Assembly (NCBI GenBank): GCA_045586595.1
Contig: JAZNAQ010000011.1
Coordinates: 4,713-68,712 of the forward strand
Source: Eubacteriales bacterium
Lineage (GTDB): Bacteria > Bacillota > Clostridia > Oscillospirales > JAAYXM01
DNA length: 64,000 nucleotides
Direction: 5' to 3'
The position numbers were made by a program, and so were the translations under genes. A model generated the notes under the pieces. The model saw only the letters and a program-made list of their open reading frames with translations, ran no database searches and was not told the origin of the DNA. Shown in pieces: positions 1 to 10,112 of this stretch; the first letter of the stretch is position 1, and each line of letters starts with the position of its first letter.

Positions 1-454
1 TAACACCGAGAGCTGCCAAAGCATCTTTCGTTACCAGCGGGTCGCCAAGCTCGTCATTTTTGAAAGTTGTTTCAACATAAGCAGGAAGATCTGCACCCTC
101 TTTAATATACTGACCATAGCGGCGTATGAAACTTCCAACTGCCTTATGGCGGCAGATAACCTCAAGACCTTTACCAAACACCTTTGCCGGAAGAACTTCC
201 ATTGTGGTATCATCAAGGTTAGCTTTTACATAGTGTGTTCTGATGCCTGCAGCATTGATTTTTTCAAAGAAGTATATAGACATGCGAAGATTGACATCAC
301 CAACTCCGTCAATAGTCAACCCAACTGAGTTTTCACCCGGGTCAAACACACCATCTTTACCGGTGCAATCATCCTTAAACTTCAAAAGATAATTTCCGTT
401 ATTTAATGCGTAAACATCTTTTGTCTTTCCTGTGTAGACATGCTTCATTTCCAT
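1..454 (-). CDS. purC: SAICAR synthase (phosphoribosylaminoimidazole-succinocarboxamide synthase); 5' part only, the 3' end runs off the window
   Basis: My own translation of the minus strand from the ATG at 454 gives [44 protein letters not shown]...IRTHYV, the conserved N-terminus of long-form PurC. The frame stays open to position 1, so it is absent from the ORF track. AAAGGAG SD at 464-470 (minus). Confidence 0.8.
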   Translation of the reverse strand, partial: MEMKHVYTGKTKDVYALNNGNYLLKFKDDCTGKDGVFDPGENSVGLTIDGVGDVNLRMSIYFFEKINAAGIRTHYVKANLDDTTMEVLPAKVFGKGLEVICRHKAVGSFIRRYGQYIKEGADLPAYVETTFKNDELGDPLVTKDALAALGV

Positions 455-569
455 AACCAATCGCTCCTTTTTAATTAAAAGCATTAACAATCTTTATCAG
501 TTATTATACCAAACAAATATAAATTTGTCTATGTTTGTCAAGCAATTTTTACATTATTTTTATTTGGAG

Positions 570-3500
570 TTACTTCTGCTCTTTCGCTTGTTTATATGCT
601 CTCACAAAGTTTTGTGCGCTTTCAAGCGGTTCATCGTCACCTTTGAGTTTTAACATAAGATACGGTTCCTGACCTGCATTGAGAAGTATCTTTCCTTTAT
701 ATTCAGCCATCGCGCAAAGCTTTGATATAATATCAAACGTCGGGTCAACCATTGTAATTTTTAGACTTTTGCCTTTCTGTGTTATATCACAGATACCCGC
801 ATCAGCCGCAGCATTGCGCAAAAGAGCAATATCAATTAAGGTCATCGTCTCGCGTGGCGGCTCGCCAAAACGGTCGCACAGCTCGTCAATCACATCGTCT
901 GCATCCTCACGGTCAGCTATCGAAGCTATGCGCCTATATAAATCCATTCTGGTCTCGCTGGATGCCACATATTTTTCGGGTATGTTTGCAGATATTGTAA
1001 GGTCTGCACTGCAAGTTGCAACGCTCTGTGTCTTTTCGCCCTTTTCCTCAGCTATGGCAGTTTCAAGAAGCTTTAAATACATATCATAGCCGACACTCAT
1101 CATATGCCCGCTCTGCTCAGCTCCCAAAACGTTACCTGCTCCCCTGAGCTCTAAGTCACGCATTGCAATCTTGAACCCTGAACCGAACTCAACATATTCG
1201 CGTATTGCCGCAAGGCGTTTTTCCGCAATTTCAGACAATGCCTTCCCTCTGCGATAAGTAAGGTAAGCATATGCATGACGAGTAGAGCGCCCTACCCTTC
1301 CGCGTATCTGATGAAGCTGGGCAAGCCCCATCTTGTCTGCATCCTCAATTATAAGAGTATTTACATTTGGTATGTCAATTCCGGTTTCGATTATAGTCGT
1401 ACAGACAAGTACCTGTATCTCGCCCTCTCCCATTTTCCTCATAACCTCAGACAGCTCGCCCTCGCCCATCTGCCCATGCCCGACAGCCACCGTCACGTCA
1501 GGTACAAGCTTTGAAACACGAGCCGCGCACGCCTCTATTGATGCAACATTGTTGTGCAGATAAAAAACCTGCCCGCCACGCGCAATTTCTTTGCGTATAG
1601 CATCTGATATTATCTCGCGGTCATGCTCAAACACATACGTCAGAACAGGATGGCGGTTTCTTGGAGCCTCCTCCATTATTGACATGTCTCGTATCCCTGA
1701 AAGCGCCATATTAAGCGTTCTCGGAATAGGTGTTGCAGTCAGAGTAAGAACGTCTACCTCCTTAGTCATTTCTTTTAAGCGCTCCTTGTGCGATACACCA
1801 AAGCGCTGTTCTTCATCAACTATAAGCAAACCAAGATTTTTAAATGATACACTCTTTGCAAGAAGCTTGTGTGTGCCGATTATCAAATCTAGTTCGCCCG
1901 ACTTCGCACCGCGGATGGTTTCTCTGTTCTGCTTATCCGAGCAGAATCGCGATGTTAGCCCTATCTTAACAGGATAATTTGAAAATCTGCGGCATGCTGT
2001 CATATAATGCTGCTCAGCAAGAACAGTTGTAGGCACAAGAATAGCAACCTGCTTGCCGCCGAGTATGCACTTCATTGCGGCACGGAAAGCAACTTCGGTT
2101 TTACCAAACCCAACATCTCCGCAGAGCAGTCTGTCCATCGGATAACGCCGTTGCATATCTCCTTTTATTTCAGCACTGCAACGAAGCTGGTCATCTGTTT
2201 CTTCAAACTCAAACGACTCTTCAAACTCTTTCTGCCAGTCGTTATCTGGCGGAAACGCTTCTCTTTCCATAGCTTGGCGAGCCGCATATAGCTTTATAAG
2301 CTCCTCTGCAAGCTCTTTTGCCGCTCCTTTGGCGCGCATTTTCGCCTTTTGCCACTCTCCGCCTCCGAGTTTCGAAAGCCTTATCCCTGAATCTTCTCCT
2401 CCGCCTATATACTTCGATACCATGTCAAGCTGGGTTACCGGAACATACAGCGCATCTGTACCCAGATACATTATTTTAATATAGTCCTTCTCAACCCCGT
2501 CTGTCTTTATCTTTGATATTCCTGCAAACCTTCCTATACCGTGAAGGTCATGAACAACAAGGCATCCAGGAGTGAGGTCTCGGTAGTTATTTATCCTTTT
2601 GCTGTTCTTTTTATCGCGTCTGATTCTACCTTTTTTCGAAGCTGTACGCATGAGCTGACCTTCAGTAAACAGCGCAAAGTCTACCCCGGGGTAAGCAAAC
2701 CCTGCAGACAACACACCCTCGCCTATAACAGCACACGGCTTTTCCGGAAGCTTTGCAAGCATAAGATCAACACTTGCGTTTATTCCGCGCTCACGCAAAA
2801 GGAGTTGCATATTCTCTGCGCTTTTTTTGTTGCCAGCAAGAATCACTACACGGTTTCCGTCTGCAATGTACTCTGCAATTTCTGAGCAGGCGAGCTCTAA
2901 ATTCCCTCCGTAGCTCGGGAGCTGACGTGCTATCATACTAAGTACGGACTTCGGTGCAATGCCGTATTCTGCACGCACAAATGCTTCTAAAAATACACTT
3001 TGGCGCTCAGAAATAAATTTTTGCACAAGCTCAAAGCCCTCACAGAAACAATCGGTATCGGGCAGCAGAATGCCTCCGAATATAAGGCTTTTTACATCTT
3101 CAATTTCGCGTCTTCGCTCACGTCCGGCGGCATCCCGAATTCGGTAATAATCAACAATAAATATTATCGAGTACTCTGATATATAGTCAAGCCCACAGGT
3201 GTGATCTGTATAAATCAAATTAAAATATCTGTCGCGTGCGCGAAGAGGCAACCCCGCCTCAATTAAATCAATATCACCCTCAAGAGTTTTTATAAGTCTT
3301 TCATTCTTTTTCTTTCTCTTATTCTCTCGAGAAAGCTCCGCCTTCAGTTTTTCACAAAGCTCCCCATATTCCCCACTCTCAAGTGTTGTCGCCGGAAGAA
3401 GTTTTGCAACTCTTGTATTTTCAATTCTACGCTGAGATTCAGTCTCAAAGAGCCCCATGGAGTCTATTTCATCTCCAAAAAACTCCACGCGTACCGGATT

Positions 3501-4067
3501 CTCGCTCCCCGGCGAAAATATATCAACTATACCTCCCCGTACGGCGAACTGCCCCTCGCTCTCTACCTGCTCACCCCTGACATAGCCGTATGCCACAAGA
3601 CGTCGACAAAGCCCCTCCTGTGACATTTCGTCCCCAAGCTTCAGCGTTATTGTTTTTCCCGCAACATTCTCCCGTGGAGGAGTTCTCTGCATAAGCGAGA
3701 ATACTGGCGCAAGCGTTATCCCCGCTTCCCCGTCAGCCATAGCCTTGAGCGTAGCTATCCTCTCATGTTCAAATTCATGTGAAACTGAATCAACATCATG
3801 AAACGAGCGTTCAAGTATAGGAAGAATGTGTGGAGTCTCGCCACACATAACTTCGATATCCCGCGCTGCACGCCTTGCATCCAACTCGTCTGCATATATA
3901 CATACAATCTGTTTCTTTGTAATCATACGCACAGCCGCTATTATATGCGCTTTGTGTACGGCAGATAAGCCGGAGAGTGCTATAGGGCATTCTCCGGCAT
4001 CCAATTTTTGCAAAAGCATCGCAAAGTCTTTATTCTGTTTTAGTGCATCACTCAGAGCAAGCATCAA
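570..4067 (-). CDS. mfd: Transcription-repair coupling factor Mfd
   Basis: The 1165-aa ORF has a UvrB-like N-terminus, an RNAP-interaction region, and superfamily-2 helicase motifs (GDVGFGKTEVA, LLIVDEEQRFG, TLTATPIPRT, QLHQIRGRVGRS). It lies in the conserved pth-mfd arrangement. The start is either TTG at 4067 or ATG at 4064. Confidence 0.95.
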   Translation of the reverse strand: MMLALSDALKQNKDFAMLLQKLDAGECPIALSGLSAVHKAHIIAAVRMITKKQIVCIYADELDARRAARDIEVMCGETPHILPILERSFHDVDSVSHEFEHERIATLKAMADGEAGITLAPVFSLMQRTPPRENVAGKTITLKLGDEMSQEGLCRRLVAYGYVRGEQVESEGQFAVRGGIVDIFSPGSENPVRVEFFGDEIDSMGLFETESQRRIENTRVAKLLPATTLESGEYGELCEKLKAELSRENKRKKKNERLIKTLEGDIDLIEAGLPLRARDRYFNLIYTDHTCGLDYISEYSIIFIVDYYRIRDAAGRERRREIEDVKSLIFGGILLPDTDCFCEGFELVQKFISERQSVFLEAFVRAEYGIAPKSVLSMIARQLPSYGGNLELACSEIAEYIADGNRVVILAGNKKSAENMQLLLRERGINASVDLMLAKLPEKPCAVIGEGVLSAGFAYPGVDFALFTEGQLMRTASKKGRIRRDKKNSKRINNYRDLTPGCLVVHDLHGIGRFAGISKIKTDGVEKDYIKIMYLGTDALYVPVTQLDMVSKYIGGGEDSGIRLSKLGGGEWQKAKMRAKGAAKELAEELIKLYAARQAMEREAFPPDNDWQKEFEESFEFEETDDQLRCSAEIKGDMQRRYPMDRLLCGDVGFGKTEVAFRAAMKCILGGKQVAILVPTTVLAEQHYMTACRRFSNYPVKIGLTSRFCSDKQNRETIRGAKSGELDLIIGTHKLLAKSVSFKNLGLLIVDEEQRFGVSHKERLKEMTKEVDVLTLTATPIPRTLNMALSGIRDMSIMEEAPRNRHPVLTYVFEHDREIISDAIRKEIARGGQVFYLHNNVASIEACAARVSKLVPDVTVAVGHGQMGEGELSEVMRKMGEGEIQVLVCTTIIETGIDIPNVNTLIIEDADKMGLAQLHQIRGRVGRSTRHAYAYLTYRRGKALSEIAEKRLAAIREYVEFGSGFKIAMRDLELRGAGNVLGAEQSGHMMSVGYDMYLKLLETAIAEEKGEKTQSVATCSADLTISANIPEKYVASSETRMDLYRRIASIADREDADDVIDELCDRFGEPPRETMTLIDIALLRNAAADAGICDITQKGKSLKITMVDPTFDIISKLCAMAEYKGKILLNAGQEPYLMLKLKGDDEPLESAQNFVRAYKQAKEQK

Positions 4068-4079
4068 ATTTTCCTGCCT

Positions 4080-4700
4080 CTAATTGTATTTTTGCGCCGC
4101 TGACGCACAGCCACTGCTAATTATCTCGACTACCGCCTTACATGAGCGGTCTATCGCATCTGATAATTTTTCTCTTTCTTCGGGCGAAAATGAGCCTAAA
4201 ACCCAACCTATAAGCTCTCCTGAACCGCCCGGAGCACCGACACCGACTTTTATACGAGGGAATATATCTGTACCGGTGCGCTCAATTATATTCTTTATTC
4301 CGTTATGCCCTCCGGCGCTCCCCTTTGCGCGGATTCGTATTTTACCCGCCGGAAGCGATATGTCATCATAAACAACAATAACACGTTCCATCGGGATCTT
4401 ATAAAAAGCCGCAGCTTCCCTTACCGAGTCACCCGAAAGGTTCATAAATGTCTGAGGTTTAAGAAGCAACACACTTTGACCGGCAATTTCGCCTCTGCCG
4501 CAAAGCGCTTTAAACTTCATTTCTCGTACATCAATTTTATTTATCGCAGCAAGCGTGTCAAGTGCAATGAACCCGGTATTATGACGTGATGTTTCGTATT
4601 CCTTACCCGGGTTTCCGAGCCCTGCAACTATCCACTCAGGCTTTCCGGCCGGTGTCTTTCGCTCGCTCTCAATTTTCTTGAAAAGGTCGAATATCGACAC
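4080..4700 (-). CDS. pth: Peptidyl-tRNA hydrolase
   Basis: 206 aa with the motifs IVAGLGNPGKEYETSRHNTGF and GGHNGIKNI. GTG start. Sits immediately upstream of mfd, as in Bacillus. Confidence 0.93.
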   Translation of the reverse strand: MSIFDLFKKIESERKTPAGKPEWIVAGLGNPGKEYETSRHNTGFIALDTLAAINKIDVREMKFKALCGRGEIAGQSVLLLKPQTFMNLSGDSVREAAAFYKIPMERVIVVYDDISLPAGKIRIRAKGSAGGHNGIKNIIERTGTDIFPRIKVGVGAPGGSGELIGWVLGSFSPEEREKLSDAIDRSCKAVVEIISSGCASAAQKYN

Positions 4701-4706
4701 GCAAAA

Positions 4707-5423
4707 TCACCCGTTTTTCTTTTTGCGATTTGCTTCAAAAATTTTAGAAGCCCGCTCTTCTTTTACCGTCTGACGTGCACGCGCAATAGCAAGCGCATCA
4801 GAGGGCACCTCGTCTGTTATTGTAGAACCTGCTGCAAGAAGTGCTCCCGCACCAACCTTTACCGGTGCTATGAGGTTTACATTGCAACCTACAAACGCAT
4901 TGTCTCCGATTTCTGTTCTGTATTTACCAACGCCGTCGTAGTTGACTGTTATTGAGCCGCAACCCATATTTACGCTCTTTCCGAGCGTGGCATCGCCTAT
5001 ATACGAAAGATGAGAAACCTTGCTGCCTGTATCAAGCGTTGCGTTTTTAAACTCTACAAAGTTGCCTACTCTGCACTTTTCGCCAACATCGCAACCGTTA
5101 CGCAAATGTGCAAACGGGCCAACGGTAGTTCCGTCGCCAATCTTACTATCGCTTATCTTTGATGAATTAACTTTAACATCGTTTCCTATAACACTGTCTG
5201 TTATAACGCTGTTCGGACCGATTTCACATCCGCTTCCTATCTTACACCCCTCGCCAATTACAACGCCCGGAAGAATGACGGTATCTGCACCGATTTCAAC
5301 ATCCTCTGCTATGTCGGCACTTAGGTCACTGAAGAGGACGCCGTTTTTAAGGTGTTTCTTTATTATCGCTATTCGCTTTTTCTCATACCTCTTTAAATCT
5401 CCAATATTACCGAATCCTGTCAT
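4707..5423 (-). CDS. Left-handed beta-helix acetyltransferase equivalent to the C-terminal (GlcN-1-P acetyltransferase) half of GlmU; no uridylyltransferase domain
   Basis: 238 aa with hexapeptide repeats. The block VGPFAHLRNG...VGNFVEFKNA...SHLSYIGDA...GCGSITVNYDG...AAGSTITDEVPSDALAIARARQ matches my memory of the C-terminal half of B. subtilis GlmU. It has its own GGAGG SD 8 nt before the ATG and its own promoter. Confidence 0.8.
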   Translation of the reverse strand: MTGFGNIGDLKRYEKKRIAIIKKHLKNGVLFSDLSADIAEDVEIGADTVILPGVVIGEGCKIGSGCEIGPNSVITDSVIGNDVKVNSSKISDSKIGDGTTVGPFAHLRNGCDVGEKCRVGNFVEFKNATLDTGSKVSHLSYIGDATLGKSVNMGCGSITVNYDGVGKYRTEIGDNAFVGCNVNLIAPVKVGAGALLAAGSTITDEVPSDALAIARARQTVKEERASKIFEANRKKKNG

Positions 5424-5505
5424 TTTCTTACCTCCGATTTCTGATATAAAGTAAAATTACCTGTAAGTCCAAACGGATTTACTTGCTAAATTTTCCCACA
5501 TTATT

Positions 5506-5534
5506 ATTTTAATAAAAATTATCTTTTCCGTCAA
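5506..5534 (-). promoter_or_regulatory. Sigma-A-type promoter for the GlmU-C-like gene
   Basis: On the minus strand: TTGACG (5534-5529), a 17-nt spacer, then TAAAAT (5511-5506). Confidence 0.5.
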
Positions 5535-5566
5535 TAGCCCGAATAAAAAAACGTACAAACAAAATA

Positions 5567-6280
5567 CTATTTTCTTTGATATATCCTACGCGTTTCTTCG
5601 CTCTCGCTACCGTCAGCATTTTTCAAAACAAGAGCAGGCATAAGCTTTATCCCGCTCCCTCCGCCTTTGCGTGCCTCAAGCAGCACGAGCGACGGCTCCG
5701 CTAAAACAGTATCCTGAACAAGGCGCATACGCTTTGGCGCAAGATTATGCTTCTCAAGCGCAGAAAACAAATCTGCAAGACGTGAGGGGCGATAAACAAG
5801 AGAAAAACTTCCGCCAAACTTCAGCAGATATGCTGCGGCTGCGCACACATCATCTATTGTACAGCAAATTTCCATCCTCGCGCACAACAGCTCCTCTCGC
5901 TCTGTACGAAGGCCTCCGTCCGCCTGCATAAACGGAGGATTTGACACAACCGAGTCAAAACTTTCGGCACCGAAAACATCTCTCACCCTTTTCAGGTCAA
6001 TATTATATACTGCCATACGGTCTTGGATATTGTTGTGAACTGCATTGCGCTCACACAACTTTGCCGCGCCTTCAACTATTTCAACGCCACATAATGAAAT
6101 ATCCTCATGCCTTGCTGCCAAAAGCACCGATACCGCGCCGCTGCCGCAACCCAGGTCGCATACTCGTGCGTGCTTCGGAACACGCGCAAACTCCGAAAGC
6201 AACATTGCGTCCGTACCGAGCTTTAAGTATTTTTTATCTTGTTCCATCACAAAACCATTTATCCCGAGTTCGTCAAGCAT
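5567..6280 (-). CDS. SAM-dependent N6-adenine methyltransferase, tRNA1(Val) m6A37 TrmN6/YfiC-like
   Basis: 237 aa with the SAM-binding motif VCDLGCGSGAV and the catalytic NPPF motif (VVSNPPFMQ). GGAGGA SD. Confidence 0.75.
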   Translation of the reverse strand: MLDELGINGFVMEQDKKYLKLGTDAMLLSEFARVPKHARVCDLGCGSGAVSVLLAARHEDISLCGVEIVEGAAKLCERNAVHNNIQDRMAVYNIDLKRVRDVFGAESFDSVVSNPPFMQADGGLRTEREELLCARMEICCTIDDVCAAAAYLLKFGGSFSLVYRPSRLADLFSALEKHNLAPKRMRLVQDTVLAEPSLVLLEARKGGGSGIKLMPALVLKNADGSESEETRRIYQRK

Positions 6281-6383
6281 CGTATTTCCTCCGTGATATT
6301 TCTGACCTTAATGTTATCGTGACGGTGAGCAAAAGTCAAGAATTAAAAATTGAATATTTTTTCAAAAATACGACTTCTTGACC

Positions 6384-6412
6384 TTGACATATTGTCGTTT
6401 TACATCTAAAAT
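6384..6412 (+). promoter_or_regulatory. Sigma-A-type promoter upstream of rny
   Basis: TTGACA (6384-6389), a 17-nt spacer, then TAAAAT (6407-6412). Confidence 0.5.
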
Positions 6413-6553
6413 ATATAAGTGGGTAATATCGTTGTTATTGATTGCGCTGTGTGGAATTTTCCGCATTTTACAATAACTTGATTTTATTACATAAAGTATT
6501 AGAATTAAAAAAATTAAAAAGCACTACACAACAAAGGAGGTAATGCAACTAAC

Positions 6554-8119
6554 ATGAATTTTTCCGAAATATCCCCCATCGCATGGCTTATAATAGCGGC
6601 GGTTTGCGTCGTTTTAGCTGTTATTGCATTCGTTCTCGGAATCACATTCCGCAAAAAGATAGCTGAGAAAACGATCTCAAGCGCTGAGAATGAAGCAAAA
6701 AGAATTGTAAATGACTCCATAAAAACCGCAGAGAGTAAAAAACGCGAGCTCCTTATCGAAGCAAAAGAAGAAATTCACAAAAGCAGAACTGAATTCGACC
6801 GCGAGATGAAGGACAGGCGCGCAGAGCTCCAGAAACAAGAGCGCCGTGTTGTTCAGAGAGAAGAATCTCTTGATAAAAAGCACGAAGCGATTGAGCAGAA
6901 GGATGCTACTCTCGCAAAAAAAATCAAAGATAACGAAGCACTCAACGAAGAGCTCAAGCTGATAAAGCGCAGTCAGCTTGAAATGCTCGAAAAGATTTCA
7001 GGATACACCGCAGAAGAAGCGAAACAGTATCTCATTCAGAATCTCGAATCAGAAGTCCGTCATGACTATGCCATCCGCCTTAAGGATTTGGAAGCACAGT
7101 TTAAAGACGAAGCAGATGAAAAAGCTCGCAGATTGATTTCCCTTGCAATTCAGAAGTGTGCTGCAGACCATGTTGCAGAGGCAACTGTTTCGGTTGTTCC
7201 GCTACCTAACGATGAAATGAAAGGCCGCATCATTGGCCGAGAGGGTCGTAACATCCGTACCCTTGAAACACTCACAGGTGTTGACCTCATCATTGATGAT
7301 ACACCCGAGGCAATCACACTCTCAAGCTTTGACCCTGTAAGACGCGAAGTTGCTCGTCTGTCACTTGAGAAACTTATTTCCGACGGCCGCATTCATCCTG
7401 CAAGAATCGAAGAAATGGTTGAAAAGGCCCGCCGTGACGTTGACCACGTCATCAAGCAAGAGGGTGAGCGCGCAACATTTGATACCGGCGTTCACGGACT
7501 AAACCCAGAAATCATAAAGCTTCTCGGCCGTCTTCGCTTCCGTACAAGCTACGGCCAGAACGTACTCAAACATTCAATCGAGGTTGCTCACATCGCAGGT
7601 CTCCTTGCCGCAGAGCTTGGCGTTGACGTTATGCTTGCAAAGCGTGCAGGCCTTCTCCATGACCTTGGCAAAAGCGTTGACCATGAGGTTGAAGGCTCAC
7701 ACGTCTCAATCGGTGTTGACCTCGCAAAGAAGTATAAAGAAAACGAAGACGTTATTCATGCAATTCACGCTCATCATGGCGATGTAGAGCCCAGAACTAT
7801 TATTGCATGTCTTGTCCAGGCTGCCGATGCGATAAGTGCAGCACGCCCCGGCGCAAGGCGAGAAAACCTTGAAAACTACATCAAGCGTCTTGAGAAGCTC
7901 GAGGAGATTGCAACAAGCTTTGACGGAGTTGAGCGTTCATATGCTATCCAGGCAGGCCGCGAGGTCCGCATAATCGTAAAGCCGGATGAAGTAAATGACG
8001 ATGAGCTCATTCTTCTCTCTCGTGAGCTTGCTAAGAAGATAGAAAGTGAGCTTGAATACCCCGGTCAGATTAAAGTTCATCTTATCCGCGAGACTCGCGC
8101 TATCGACTATGCAAAGTAA
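6554..8119 (+). CDS. rny: Ribonuclease Y
   Basis: 521 aa with an N-terminal TM helix, a coiled-coil region, a KH domain ([15 protein letters not shown]) and an HD domain (LLHDLGK...HHGD). AAAGGAGG SD. Confidence 0.95.
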   Translation: MNFSEISPIAWLIIAAVCVVLAVIAFVLGITFRKKIAEKTISSAENEAKRIVNDSIKTAESKKRELLIEAKEEIHKSRTEFDREMKDRRAELQKQERRVVQREESLDKKHEAIEQKDATLAKKIKDNEALNEELKLIKRSQLEMLEKISGYTAEEAKQYLIQNLESEVRHDYAIRLKDLEAQFKDEADEKARRLISLAIQKCAADHVAEATVSVVPLPNDEMKGRIIGREGRNIRTLETLTGVDLIIDDTPEAITLSSFDPVRREVARLSLEKLISDGRIHPARIEEMVEKARRDVDHVIKQEGERATFDTGVHGLNPEIIKLLGRLRFRTSYGQNVLKHSIEVAHIAGLLAAELGVDVMLAKRAGLLHDLGKSVDHEVEGSHVSIGVDLAKKYKENEDVIHAIHAHHGDVEPRTIIACLVQAADAISAARPGARRENLENYIKRLEKLEEIATSFDGVERSYAIQAGREVRIIVKPDEVNDDELILLSRELAKKIESELEYPGQIKVHLIRETRAIDYAK

Positions 8120-8213
8120 ATAAATTTAAAATCTTAGTGGTGTAATTCAGATATTTGTGGTACAATATCAATGGATTACACCACTCATTTATTTTTAGAA
8201 AGAGGTATACTCA

Positions 8214-8993
8214 TTGAAAATTCTTGCAATAGGCGATGTTGTTGGAAAAGGCGGCGTCCATGCCATAGAAACAAACCTTTCCGCACTCAAGCAGAAATAC
8301 AATGCAAAGTTTACTGTCATAAACGGTGAAAACGCCGACATGGTAGGCATTCTCCCAGACCAGGCTGATACTCTCTTTAAGGCTGGCGCAGATGTCATTA
8401 CACTCGGTAACCACACATGGGGCAGACGGCAGATTGCCTCATATATCGAGAACGAGGCATCCCTTCTCCGCCCCTACAACATCCCCGGCGATGCTCCGGG
8501 GTGCGGCTACGGTATATTTGATGCATTCGGAAAACGTGCTCTTGTTATAAGCCTGATGGGGCGTTGTGGAATGCAATTTGGCGCAGACAACCCATTTTTT
8601 GCTGCAGACAACATCCTCAAAAAATGTGAAGGCAAATACGACTTTGCGCTCTGCGACTTTCACGCAGAAGCGACAAGTGAAAAGCAGGCATTCGGTTTTT
8701 ATGTAGACGGCAGAATTTCTGCAGTATGGGGCACGCACACACATGTACAGACAGCAGATGAAAAGATTTTGCCAAACGGAACCGGCTTTATATGTGATCT
8801 CGGCATGACCGGACCTTATAACTCAGTAATAGGATGCACTCCCGAAAAGTCACTTGCTACATTTCTCGGTTCTATTCCCGAACGTTTTACCGAAGCTTCG
8901 GGAGAGGTTATGATAAATGGCGCTTGTTTTGATATTACTGACGACGGAAAGTGTATCTCCGTTGAGAGAATAAACACCGTTTTGAAAGGATAG
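8214..8993 (+). CDS. ymdB: YmdB-family metallophosphoesterase (2',3'-cyclic-nucleotide 2'-phosphodiesterase)
   Basis: 259 aa starting MKILAIGDVVGKGG, with GENA and HTH motifs. Conserved rny-ymdB synteny. TTG start with an AAGAGG SD. Confidence 0.88.
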   Translation: MKILAIGDVVGKGGVHAIETNLSALKQKYNAKFTVINGENADMVGILPDQADTLFKAGADVITLGNHTWGRRQIASYIENEASLLRPYNIPGDAPGCGYGIFDAFGKRALVISLMGRCGMQFGADNPFFAADNILKKCEGKYDFALCDFHAEATSEKQAFGFYVDGRISAVWGTHTHVQTADEKILPNGTGFICDLGMTGPYNSVIGCTPEKSLATFLGSIPERFTEASGEVMINGACFDITDDGKCISVERINTVLKG

Positions 8994-8998
8994 AGTGT

Positions 8999-10069
8999 AT
9001 GGCTAAAATACTTCACACCGGTGACCTTCATCTTGACAGTGCATTCGTAGGGCTTTCTGCTGAGGCTGCAAGGAAGCGGCGTGCAGGGCTCCGTGAGCTG
9101 ATGTCCAAAATCATTGATCTTGCAAACACAGAGGCCGTTGATGCAATAATTCTTGCAGGAGATATTTTTGACTCATACCCCATTCGCCCTGAAACCGCAG
9201 AAAGCTTTTTGCGCGATTTGAAACGGTCAAAGGCACCTGTTTTTATCTCCCCCGGGAATCACGACCCGTATACTGCAGATTCCCCTTACAGAACACTTGA
9301 ATTACCTGATAATGTACATATATTCACGTCACCTGCTCTCACCTCAGTCGAGCTTCCCGAATGTTCTTTGCGCATTTTTGGAGCAGCGTATACAAGCGCA
9401 GTGTTTGATGAGCGCATCCTTAAAGATTTCAAGGTTCCGCAAGATGATTTTATAAACATAATCTCACTTCATTCAAACCTTTATACCGACGGCTACAGCC
9501 CCGTTTCGGCAGAAGAAATCGGTGAAACATGTGCAGACTATATCGCTCTCGCGCATGTGCACAAGCCCACAGAAATACTCAAATCAAAAAATACATATTA
9601 TGCCTACTGCGGATGCCTCGAGGCTCGTGATTTCGGCGAGCAGTATGACACCGGCCTATATTTGGGCGAGGTATCAAAAGGTAATGTGAATTTAAAGCGA
9701 TACAGCTTATCCGATATCAAATATCGTGAGGAAACTATTGATATAGAAGTGCATCCCGATGTCATTTCAGTTCTTCCCGCTCCATCATTCGGTGAACATT
9801 TACGCCTCACCCTTGTCGGAGAATGTGACCCTCCCGATATTGACACGATTTTTGAACAGTTGTCCTCTAAATATCTTGAACTTATAATAAATGACAGAAC
9901 AACTGCCCCGCGGGACTTATGGCAGGGCCTCACAGAAGATAACCTTCGCGGTGCATTTCTCAAGAAAATGAAAGCCGCACTAGATGCGAGTGAGGATGAA
10001 GCTGAAAAAGCGAAAATTCTTCTTGCCGTAAAGTTCGGTATTGACGCAATAGAGAACAGAGATGTATAA
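8999..10069 (+). CDS. Metallophosphoesterase-family DNA repair exonuclease (SbcD/YhaO-like)
   Basis: 356 aa with ILHTGDLHLDS, LAGDIFD, GNHD and AHVH metallophosphatase motifs. Confidence 0.75.
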   Translation: MAKILHTGDLHLDSAFVGLSAEAARKRRAGLRELMSKIIDLANTEAVDAIILAGDIFDSYPIRPETAESFLRDLKRSKAPVFISPGNHDPYTADSPYRTLELPDNVHIFTSPALTSVELPECSLRIFGAAYTSAVFDERILKDFKVPQDDFINIISLHSNLYTDGYSPVSAEEIGETCADYIALAHVHKPTEILKSKNTYYAYCGCLEARDFGEQYDTGLYLGEVSKGNVNLKRYSLSDIKYREETIDIEVHPDVISVLPAPSFGEHLRLTLVGECDPPDIDTIFEQLSSKYLELIINDRTTAPRDLWQGLTEDNLRGAFLKKMKAALDASEDEAEKAKILLAVKFGIDAIENRDV

Positions 10070-10112
10070 AAAAGCGATGAGGTAAAACCTCATCGCTTTA
10101 AACTTTATTCTT

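Noticed and set aside
679-4083. Many 60-140-aa ORFs antisense to or out of frame with mfd, and similar shadow ORFs inside recG, yloV, thrS, tex, guaB, the SNF2 gene and others
   Set aside because: They are fully embedded in long, well-supported genes, lack SD sequences, and have the compositionally skewed translations typical of shadow frames.
8136-8185. An 11-bp inverted repeat (AGTGGTGTAAT / ATTACACCACT) between rny and ymdB as a terminator
   Set aside because: The 28-nt loop is long for an intrinsic terminator and contains a TG-extended TACAAT -10-like element. The structure might be an attenuator or processing site, but I cannot support a call.
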